Shown here piece by piece: positions 39,131 to 48,400 of a stretch of DNA of 64,000 nucleotides (its first letter is position 1; every line of letters begins with the position of its first letter). A program made the translations under genes and the position numbers. Origin of the DNA: Nibricoccus sp. Its GTDB lineage: Bacteria > Verrucomicrobiota > Verrucomicrobiia > Opitutales > Opitutaceae. Under the pieces are notes generated by a model. That model made no database searches and was not told the DNA's origin. It saw only the letters and a program-made list of their open reading frames with translations. The DNA lies in the NCBI GenBank assembly GCA_047602425.1, contig JASGHG010000001.1, forward strand, positions 1,024,001-1,088,000, read 5' to 3'.

Positions 39131-40465
39131 TTACAGACCGCCCATTTCAACAAACTGCGTTGCCGGCCGACCTTCGCGTTCGTCGGGCCAGAGAATCATG
39201 CCGGCTCCCACGGTATTATTGGTGTGTTCGTCGATGAGAATGAAGCTACCCGTGTTGCGATTGCGACGATAGCCGTCGAAGAACAGGGGGACCGCGGTGC
39301 GAATATGCACGCGACCAATGTCATTCATCGCAATCTCAGGATTGCCCTCGATTTTATGAAGCGTGTTGATGTCGACTTTGTAGCGAACGGTCTTCAGCAC
39401 GCACTTCGCCTCTTTTGTCGTGTGGCGAAGGATGTATTTTCCATTCGGCTGAAGTTTCTTGTCCGAGAACCAGCAGATCATCGCTTCCACGTCCTGGCTG
39501 ATGTGCGGCTGGTTGTTGGACTTCACGATCATGTCGCCCCGGGAAATATCGATTTCGTCTTCGAGCGTGATCACGGCCGACATCGGGGAAAACACTTCCT
39601 TGGCATCGCCGTCGGAGCTGTGCACCGATTTGATGCGCGAAGTAAAACCTGACGGCAGGGCCAAAACCTCGTCGCCCACCTTGAACACGCCACCGGCCAC
39701 GCGCCCGGCGAAGCCACGGAAATCGTGATGCTCCGTCGAGTTTGGACGGATCACGGTTTGCACGGGAAAACGCGCGTCGACATGGTTGGCATCGCTGCCG
39801 ATATAGACAGTTTCGAGCGTGTAAAGCAGCGAAGGACCTTTGTACCAAGGCGTACGTTCGGATTTGTCCACCACGTTGTCGCCATGCAGCGCGCTGATCG
39901 GGATGAACTTCACGTCGTTGATCTCAAGGCGCGAGGCAAACTCGGTGTATTTCGCGACGATGTTGTCGAACACCTCCTGCTTAAAGTCGACGAGGTCCAT
40001 TTTGTTCACGCAAACGACGAGATGCGGGATGCGCAGCAGCGAGGCGATGAACGAGTGGCGGCAGGTTTGTTCGATCACGCCTTTGCGGGCATCGATCAGG
40101 ATAATGGCGAGGTTCGCAGTCGAGGCGCCCGTCACCATGTTGCGTGTGTACTGGATGTGGCCGGGCGTGTCCGCGATGATGAATTTGCGCTTCGGCGTGG
40201 CAAAATAACGGTAGGCCACGTCGATCGTGATGCCTTGTTCGCGTTCGGCGCGAAGCCCGTCGGTGAGAAGCGAAAGATTGAGGTGCTCTTCACCGCGTTG
40301 TTCGGTCGCGCGCTCGATCGCGTCGAGTTGGTCCTCGAAAATCGCCTTCGAATCATAGAGAAGGCGGCCGATCAGCGTGGATTTGCCGTCGTCGACACTG
40401 CCCGCCGTGGTGAAGCGGAGCAGGTCCATGGAAAGATAATGGGTATCGATAGCAGAGTCAGACAT
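39131..40465 (-). CDS. cysN: Sulfate adenylyltransferase subunit 1 (no fused APS kinase)
   Basis: GSVDDGKSTLIGRLL, EREQGITIDVAYRYF, DTPGH, NKMD. Confidence 0.96.
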   Translation of the reverse strand: MSDSAIDTHYLSMDLLRFTTAGSVDDGKSTLIGRLLYDSKAIFEDQLDAIERATEQRGEEHLNLSLLTDGLRAEREQGITIDVAYRYFATPKRKFIIADTPGHIQYTRNMVTGASTANLAIILIDARKGVIEQTCRHSFIASLLRIPHLVVCVNKMDLVDFKQEVFDNIVAKYTEFASRLEINDVKFIPISALHGDNVVDKSERTPWYKGPSLLYTLETVYIGSDANHVDARFPVQTVIRPNSTEHHDFRGFAGRVAGGVFKVGDEVLALPSGFTSRIKSVHSSDGDAKEVFSPMSAVITLEDEIDISRGDMIVKSNNQPHISQDVEAMICWFSDKKLQPNGKYILRHTTKEAKCVLKTVRYKVDINTLHKIEGNPEIAMNDIGRVHIRTAVPLFFDGYRRNRNTGSFILIDEHTNNTVGAGMILWPDEREGRPATQFVEMGGL

Positions 40466-40474
40466 TTTGTACGG

Positions 40475-40617
40475 GAAATCCCAAGGACCAAAGGATCAAA
40501 CGCCAAACAAATGGCGCGGCCTGCGGCGCAGGGATTATTTAGATTAAATTATTAGTTCGGTTTTCCTTTGGCCATTCCGCTGATTTTTGGAATTTGGCGT
40601 CTGGGATTTGAGATTTC
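40475..40617. repeat. Intergenic inverted-repeat element with ~7-bp periodic arms
   Basis: Left ATCCCAA GGACCAA...ACGCCAA; right TTTGG AATTTGG CGTCTGG GATTTGA GATTTC. Confidence 0.75.
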
Positions 40618-40618
40618 T

Positions 40619-41524
40619 TTAGAAATACCCCGCCTTCTTGCGGTCTTCCATGGCGGTTTCGGAGCGTTTGTCGTCCGCGCGCGTACCGCGCTCGGTCTGA
40701 CGCGCGGTGGCGACTTCCTGAATGATATCGCCCAGAGTCGACGCCGTTGACTCGACCGCGCCGGTGCAAGTTGCGTCGCCGACGGTGCGGAAGCGAATGA
40801 TGCGCTTCTCCAGTTTTTCGCCGGGCATCACCGTGATGAACGGTGTGTTCGCCAGCAGCGTGCCGTTGCGGTTAACGACTTCGCGTTCGTGCGAGAAATA
40901 AAGCGAAGGCAGCGGGATTTTTTCCCGGGCGATGTATTGCCAGACATCCATTTCCGTCCAATTGGACAGAGGGAAAACGCGAAAGTGTTCGCCGTGGTTT
41001 TTGCGGCCGTTGAAAAGATTCCAAAGCTCCGGACGCTGGTTCTTCGGGTCCCATTGGCCGAATTCGTCGCGGTGCGAAAAGAAACGTTCCTTCGCGCGGG
41101 CTTTTTCCTCGTCACGGCGAGCACCGCCGAGACAGGCGTCAAATTTCAGTTCCTCGATCGAGTCGAGCAGCGTGACGGTTTGCAGGCCATTGCGGGAAGG
41201 ATTCGGGCCTTTTTCTTCGACGGCGCGGCCGGCTTTGATCGAATCCTCGACGTAACGAACGATCAAACGTGCACCAAGATCCTTCGCGAGTCGGTCGCGA
41301 AATTCGATCGCTTCCGGGAAATTATGTCCGGTGTCGATGTGCACGAGCGGAAACGGAATCTTCGCCGGTGCGAAAGCTTTTTGCGCCAGCCGAACCATCA
41401 CAATGGAGTCTTTTCCGCCCGAAAAAAGCAGGGCGGGGCGTTCAAATTGCGCGGCGACTTCCCGCATGACAAAAATCGCCTCGTGTTCAAGCTGGGCGAG
41501 GTGGGTGAGATTATACGAACTCAT
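40619..41524 (-). CDS. cysD: Sulfate adenylyltransferase subunit 2
   Basis: LFSGGKDS, GGARRDEEKARAKER, WDPKNQRPELW, MEDRKKAGYF. Confidence 0.97.
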   Translation of the reverse strand: MSSYNLTHLAQLEHEAIFVMREVAAQFERPALLFSGGKDSIVMVRLAQKAFAPAKIPFPLVHIDTGHNFPEAIEFRDRLAKDLGARLIVRYVEDSIKAGRAVEEKGPNPSRNGLQTVTLLDSIEELKFDACLGGARRDEEKARAKERFFSHRDEFGQWDPKNQRPELWNLFNGRKNHGEHFRVFPLSNWTEMDVWQYIAREKIPLPSLYFSHEREVVNRNGTLLANTPFITVMPGEKLEKRIIRFRTVGDATCTGAVESTASTLGDIIQEVATARQTERGTRADDKRSETAMEDRKKAGYF

Positions 41525-42129
41525 GAAATTTTAATCTTTGGCAAAATATGAGCGTGCAACCGCGCCAGTGAGGCTTCGACGGTTTCAGTTTCGGTATCGA
41601 CGATGAAGACGTCGTCATCGCCGTTCGGCGTTTCAAAGCCGGAATCGCGGCCGGTGAATTGCTTCACCCCACCCGCGCCGGCTTTCGCATAGAGCCCTTT
41701 CGGATCGCGTTGCGCGCAGGTTTCAAAAGATGCCTTCACATAAACTTCGATGAAATCTTCCGCGCCAATAATCTCTCGCGCGCCTGCCCGAAGCGACCGC
41801 CGCGGCGTGATGAACGAGCACAAAGTAACCAGACCGGCATGCGCGAAAAGTTTCGCGACTTCGGCCACGCGGCGAATGTTTTCGGCGCGATCCGCATCGC
41901 TGAAACCGAGCCCGCGATTGAGTCCGGTGCGAACGTTGTCGCCGTCCAAAAGGTGCGTTGTAAAACCTTCGGCATGAAGCCGACGCTCCAATGCGTTGGC
42001 CAAGGTGCTTTTGCCGGAGCCAGATAAACCGTAGAGCCAGATCACCCGCGCGCGCTGCTTAAGCCGCTGCTCTTTTTCCGCGCGACTGAGCACACGGTCG
42101 AAGATCGGATGAAGGTTATCGGTGCTCAT
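41521..42129 (-). CDS. cysC: Adenylyl-sulfate kinase
   Basis: GLSGSGKST, LDGDNVR, RDPKGLY. Confidence 0.96.
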   Translation of the reverse strand: MSTDNLHPIFDRVLSRAEKEQRLKQRARVIWLYGLSGSGKSTLANALERRLHAEGFTTHLLDGDNVRTGLNRGLGFSDADRAENIRRVAEVAKLFAHAGLVTLCSFITPRRSLRAGAREIIGAEDFIEVYVKASFETCAQRDPKGLYAKAGAGGVKQFTGRDSGFETPNGDDDVFIVDTETETVEASLARLHAHILPKIKIS

Positions 42130-42230
42130 TATCTTTAGTTTGTTTACCTAAATGCATAGGATTAAATCTCGCTTCAAGTGTTATCTTTCGATTATTTCGT
42201 TAGTTGCTTTAAACCAACGTGTTGAAATAA

Positions 42231-42506
42231 TTAACGAATATTAAAACCGGCAAATTGCGGTTCACGTTTCGCTGGCGTGCGTTCCGTTTTACGGATGTAA
42301 CCGTGCATTCGTTCTTCCACGGCCGTGATAAAGGCTTTCACCGTTTGCGGCTCGCCTTCCGCTTCGAGTTGCACACGCCCGTCCGTGAGATTTTTCACCC
42401 AGCCCGCCACTTCAAACTCCTTCGCAACTTGCAGAGTTGTGTAACGAAAGCCTACGCCTTGAACCCGTCCGGTGAAGTAGACTGTTTCGTGATAAATTTC
42501 AGACAT
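42231..42506 (-). CDS. acyP: Acylphosphatase
   Basis: GRVQGVGFR, GWVKNLTDGRV. Confidence 0.93.
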   Translation of the reverse strand: MSEIYHETVYFTGRVQGVGFRYTTLQVAKEFEVAGWVKNLTDGRVQLEAEGEPQTVKAFITAVEERMHGYIRKTERTPAKREPQFAGFNIR

Positions 42507-42645
42507 AGCGTGGAAATAGAAACTTGTGCGAGAGCGCTTCGTTTTTCAATCCGCAAAGCCATTGTGCGCACTGAAGAATGGGCCTTTTGCGTTGCATTCA
42601 GAACAAACCAGCGCACGTTTTAGCCACGTTCCCGTCTGATAACAA

Positions 42646-43350
42646 ATGAGTAACTTCGATCCAAATCCTCCTTCCGAAAACGATTGGGATGAGCGGGGAG
42701 ATCTCGCTTGGAATGAGTTCGACTGGGAGCAATACCTGCGCGAACAAGACGATGTCCTCCATCGTTATCTCGCGTTTTACGAACAACTTCGTGATAGCCC
42801 GGAGCGCATTGACGAAGTCGCCCATTTCATGCGGTGGGACGAAGGCGTTTGGACCACCGACACCGCCCAAAGCGAAACCGAAGACAACATTGGCGACGCG
42901 TCCGAGGAAGAAGAAGTGAACTTCGGAGCCGAACCTTACACTCTGCACAAAAGTCCGGTGTTCGTGGCGACCAAGGCGATCTACTTGAGCATCAAACGCG
43001 CTTGGGAACGCATCGCCATCGATCCGGCGAAAGTGCCCCAACCAATCGCCATCAACTTTCAAACTTCGCTTCACCGCGGCGAAGAACACGCGATGCTCGC
43101 CGTGCAAGCGCTCGACTTCGGCGACTACGCGATGGCCACCAGCCTGCTCAAGCGTGCCCTCGCCGAACTCAATCAAACACTGGCCCTGCTTGAAAGCGGC
43201 ATGCCGCACGCCTCTCGCGCGTTGAAAAATTTTCACGACGACACGCTTCCGCGACTTTTCGACCTGCGGGAAATCTGGTTGCGCGTCATGAACGAATGCC
43301 GCCAGGAGCTCCAACGTCCTATTGAGGGCGACGAAGCTGACGACAACTAA
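42646..43350 (+). CDS. Hypothetical acidic helical protein
   Basis: 234-aa ORF with ATG and typical codon usage; WNEFDWEQYL, LFDLREIWLRVM. Confidence 0.75.
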   Translation: MSNFDPNPPSENDWDERGDLAWNEFDWEQYLREQDDVLHRYLAFYEQLRDSPERIDEVAHFMRWDEGVWTTDTAQSETEDNIGDASEEEEVNFGAEPYTLHKSPVFVATKAIYLSIKRAWERIAIDPAKVPQPIAINFQTSLHRGEEHAMLAVQALDFGDYAMATSLLKRALAELNQTLALLESGMPHASRALKNFHDDTLPRLFDLREIWLRVMNECRQELQRPIEGDEADDN

Positions 43351-43622
43351 GAGAGGCCCCGAGCCTGACGGGCGGCGAGCGCGGCAAACGCGGAACTTTG
43401 CGCCTGCCTTCCGCAACGTCTACCATTCGCCACCGCTAAAGAGCAAACATCCTCGGCGGCGTGTTTATTTACCATTGATTTATCCTTAAATCCGAGGTTG
43501 CCATCGGTCGTTTTGGACCTAAGCACTCAACGCCCCGCCCCAATTCTACCCCGCTGCCTGAGTGGTTCTGCTTCTTAACGGAACCTTCACATCCGAGTCC
43601 TGACCATACCTTCACCCCCGCG

Positions 43623-45448
43623 ATGAACCTTCGTTTTTCCATTTTTTTCGTTGTTGGCCTTATCTTCGCCGCGTCCAGCCGCGCGGACGTTGCCGCCAGC
43701 ATTTCGGTCGATACTTCCGCTAACGTCGCGCCGCGATCAGCCCGTATATCTACGGCACCAATCAGGATCTTGCCGGGGTTTCGCCGACCGCCCGCCGCCA
43801 GGGCGGCAACCGCATGACAGGATACAATTGGGAGACCAATGCCTCCAATGCAGGCAACGACTACATTCATAGCAGCGACAACTTCCTGACGTGGGTTATG
43901 GGCATTACTGGTTCGGCGGAGCTGACGCCTGGGATTGTCGCTACGAAATTTCACGATCAGTCGCTCGCCTCCGGTACTCCCTTTACTTTGCTCACGCTGC
44001 CCATGGCCGGGTACGTCGCCGCCGACAAAAACGGCACGGTCACAACCGCCGAGGTCGCGCCGTCCGCACGATGGAAAGCCATCGTAAACAATAAACCCAC
44101 TGCCCTCTCACTCACTCCCAATACTGCGGACGGCAACGTCTATTCGGATGAATTTATCAATTTCCTCGTGAACAAGTATGGCAGCGCCTCCACCGCCACG
44201 GGCATCAAAGGCTACAACCTCGATAACGAACCTGATCTTTGGTCCAGTACGCATCCGCGCCTCCATCCGACTCAACCCACGTGCGTGGAGTTGGTCACGC
44301 GTACGGTGGACCTCGCAAAAACCGTGAAGCGCATCGACCCCGCAGCGGAGGTATTCGGCTTCGTGAGCTACGGATTTAGCGGTTACAATACGTTCCAAAG
44401 CGCAACCGATTGGCCTACGGAAAAAGCCAGGAATTCCAGTTATGCGTGGTTCATCGATTATTTCCTCGATCAGATGAAAACCGCTTCCACGACTGCCGGC
44501 GTGCGCCTGCTCGACGTACTCGATGTTCACAATTACAGCGAAGCTCAAGGTGGCGGCATCCGCGTGAACGATCCGGTTTCCTGGGAAAATGTCGATTGCA
44601 ACAAAGCTCGCATCCAGGCTCCGCGCTCGCTTTGGGATTCGACTTACATCGAGAACAGCTGGATCGGCCAGTGGTTTCCCACTTTCCTGCCTTTCCTTCC
44701 AAAAATCCAATCCTCCATCAACAACTTCTATCCAGGGACAAAATTAGCGATCACCGAGTACAACTTCGGTGGCGAGGGCCATATTTCCGGCGGGCTGGCC
44801 CAAGCGGATACACTCGGCATCTTCGGCCAGCAAGGGGTTTACCTTGGCGCGCTGTGGCAATTGCACAACGAGGTTTCCTATGTCGCCGCCGCCTTCAATC
44901 TCTACCGCAATTACAATGGTGCGGGCGGAAAATTTGGCGCGACAAAAGTTAACGCGACCACCACCGACAATGCCAATTGCTCCGTTTACGCCTCCATCGA
45001 GGATTCCTCCGCCTCCACGCTGCATTTGGTCGTGCTGAACAAAAACTACGATGAAGCGGGCAATTTCACCCTGCAAATCTCTGGTGGCAAGAACTACACC
45101 GGCGCGCGTGTGTATGCCTTCGACTCGACCAGTGCAAACATCACCGAACGCGCCGCCATCTCCAATATCGTCAACAACCAGTTTACCCTGGCGCTGCCCC
45201 GCCTCACCGCGGCTCATCTCGTCCTGCAGTCGGGCGGCTCCTCGTCATCGTCGAGTTCGAGTTCATCGAGCAGTTCAAGCTCCTCAAGCAGTTCGAGTTC
45301 GTCCTCAAGCAGCTCCTCGGGCGCCAGCAATCCTCCACCTTCGGGCGGTGGTGGTGGCGGCGGAGTTCCCGGGCTGGCCTACTTCTCGGCAATCGCTCTT
45401 TTGACCTTGCTGAGAAAAATCGCGCCGGTGTTCTCCCGTCGCGCCTGA
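43623..45448 (+). pseudogene. Glycoside hydrolase family 44 endoglucanase/xyloglucanase with a frameshift near 43725 (real or assembly error)
   Basis: Signal peptide from ATG 43623; ISPYIYGTN...GGNRMTGYNWE continues in another frame; catalytic LDNEP and ITEY; poly-Ser linker, poly-Gly, C-terminal TM. Confidence 0.85.
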
Positions 45449-45461
45449 GCACAACCACATC

Positions 45462-48400
45462 TTAGGTTCCCGTAACCGGGACGCCGACATCGTTCACGAT
45501 ATCGGTCCAGGCGAGTTCCACTCCAGCCAAAGCGGTTTGCACTTCCGCCCAGTCCTCGTCCTTCGCAGCCGTTTCGAGCGCCGCGGCGGCGGTCCGCAAC
45601 GGCTTTGCCCCGAGGTTTGCAGCGCTGCCGACAATGACGTGCGCCAATGCGGAGAGTGGAGCCGCTTCACGCAGCGTCGTGTGATGGGAAAGCTGCTGCA
45701 TGCGCGCGGGCATTTCCTTCATGAAAATCCCGAGTGCCTTGTCCCAGGCCGAACCTCCTGCGCTCGATTTCATCTTCACGAGTTGTTCCCGCCGGGCTGC
45801 ATCGAAGAAGGATTTTTTCGGGTTGGCGGTTTCTACCAGTTTTGGGAGGGCGCCTAGGACATCGTTTGTCGCCGGTATAGTTCGGACCGCGGTCTTTGTC
45901 TTCATGCCTTGCAATAATCCGCAGCGAGAGAGTGCGGCGGTCAGCATCTCGCTCTCGAAGGGTTTTGAAATGTAATCGTCCATTCCCGCATCAATGGCCC
46001 TCAAGCGATCGCCAGGCATCGCATAGGCGGTGAGGGCAATGACTGGAATGCGCGGATTTATACCGGGAATGCGTCCGCTGCGAATGAGGCGAGTGGCTTC
46101 ATAACCATCCAAAACCGGCATTTGGCAATCCATCAAGACTGCGTCGTAGCGGGAGTCGCGGAGCATATCGACCGCCTCCTGGCCATTGCTGGCGATCGCA
46201 ACCGTGTGCCCGAGTTGTTCGATCATCATCTGGGCCACGATTTGATTAGTAGTGTTATCCTCGGCCATGAGGAAGCTGAGCCCGCGTCCGCCGAGCGAGG
46301 GGCGTTTGACAAAAGGCGATGCGGTGTCTCGCGCGCCGTGGATGCGCAAAAGGCTTCGATGCAAAAGCACCTCTCTCACCGGTTTTGTGAGCACGGCTTG
46401 GAAATGCGTGCCATCCATCACACGCGCAGGGTTGTCGGCGGCCGAGGCCAGCACGAGGATTTGAACACCCGAAAACAATGGATCCTGCCGCAAATCGCGG
46501 GCCAGCCGCAGTGCACCTTCATTAGGGAGATTCCAGTCCAGCAACAAAACGGTGTAGGGTTTGGCCAGTTCAACTCCACGTTGCAGGGCTACAAGCGCTT
46601 CGCTCGCACCCGGCGCGGTTTCGACTTCGCAACCAAAGGAAACCAATTGGCGGTTTAGGATAGTTTCGCTCAGCTCATGATCGTCGACCACGAGGACGCG
46701 CGTTCCCGGCGGCAGCAGGGGCAAAGCCTCGCCCGACGGCAGCTCGACATGCGAAAGACTGAGCGTAAACCAAAAATGCGAACCGGACCCTTCGAGGCTT
46801 TCAAAACCGATGCTGCCGCCCATGAGGTTGATCAACTGCCCGGAAATGGCCAGTCCGAGTCCGGTGCCGCCGAATTTCCGGGTCGTGCTGCCGTCGGCCT
46901 GCACAAAGGGTTGAAAAAGGAGCGGCTTGACCGTCTCCGGAATTCCCGTGCCTGTATCCTCAACTTCGATACGGAACTTTATTTTTTCACCCGGCGGCTC
47001 GACCGGCTGGGCGGTGATACGGACTTCGCCGTGTTCGGTGAATTTGATGCTGTTGCCCAGGAGGTTGGTGAGCACCTGTTGCAACCGGCCGCGGTCGCCC
47101 GTCACGCCCGTGGCCAGCGCGGGCGAGATATCGCAGACGAGATCGAGATTTTTTCTGCTCGCCTGCGGCGCAAGCAAGGCGACGGTTTCCTCTATCGCGT
47201 CGCGCAAGTTGAAATCGGTTGAATCGATGCGGAACTTGCCCGCCTCGATTTTGGAAAAGTCGAGAATGTCGTTGATAATGCTCAGGAGACTGCGGGCGCT
47301 GTAGGCGATTACCTCGGCCATCTCGCGTTGTTTGCCCTCCAGCGGAGATTGCATGAGCATGCCCGCCATGCCGATCACGCCATTCATCGGCGTGCGGATT
47401 TCGTGACTCATCGTCGCAAGAAATTCCGATTTCAAGCGAGACGCGGCAAGCGCCTCGTCGCGCGCGCGAGCGAGGCTTTCCTCGAGGTGCTTGCGGGCCG
47501 TGATGTCGGCGCGTATCGCCACATACTGAGTCGGTTTTCCATCCGGCCCGAAGAATGGCACGATGGTGGACTCTTCCCAATAGAGATCGCCATTTTTAGC
47601 TCTGTTGCAAAGTTCCCCCTGCCAAACGGCGCCGCGCCCGATCGTCTCGTACATCTCGCGATAGAAAGTTTCGGAGTGCACGCCGGATTTCAAGATCCGG
47701 TGGGTTTTTCCGAGAAGCTCGTCGCGCGTGTAGCCGCTGATCGCGCAAAATTTATCGTTAACGTAGGTCATTTTTCCCTCGACGTCGGTGACGGCGACGA
47801 TGGCGTGCTGATCGAGCGCGAACTTCTGCCGGGCCAGTTCGTCGACCACGCGCTGAATGCGGGCGTCGGCCTCCTTGCGTGTGGTGAGATCGTGACCGAT
47901 TCCCATATAACCGGTGATCTCGCCTTGTTCATCGCGCAGCGTGGTCACCGATAGCAATACGGGAAACCGCGTGCCATTTTTGCGGATATAAGTCCACTCG
48001 CGTTCGTCGATGCCGACGAGCTTCGCCTTGGCGACGAAAACCTCGAAGCCCGGCTCGACGATCCGCCCCAACTCGCGCGTCAACACTTCCGCCCGACCCA
48101 CGATTTCCGAATGGTCATGAATAATTTCCGGTGTCTGGTTCCCCACCATCTCTTCAGCCCGATACCCCAATAACCGCTCAGCGGCGGCATTAAATGTCAC
48201 GATCACACCTTCGCGGCTCGTCGAGATGATGGTGTAGTTGGTGCTGTCGAGAATTGCTCTTTGCAATTGGTTCGTTCCTCGGAGCGAATTTAAAACGCGG
48301 AGGCGCTCGCCGACCTCGCGTTGTAACAGTCCGTTGGTTGCTTCCAGCTCGGCCGTGCGTTCCCGCACCATCGCTTTGGCGGTTTGGCCTGTGGATTGAA

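Noticed and set aside
43351..43622. c-di-GMP riboswitch upstream of GH44
   Set aside because: Only a GGCAAA word is present; the remaining conserved elements were not found.
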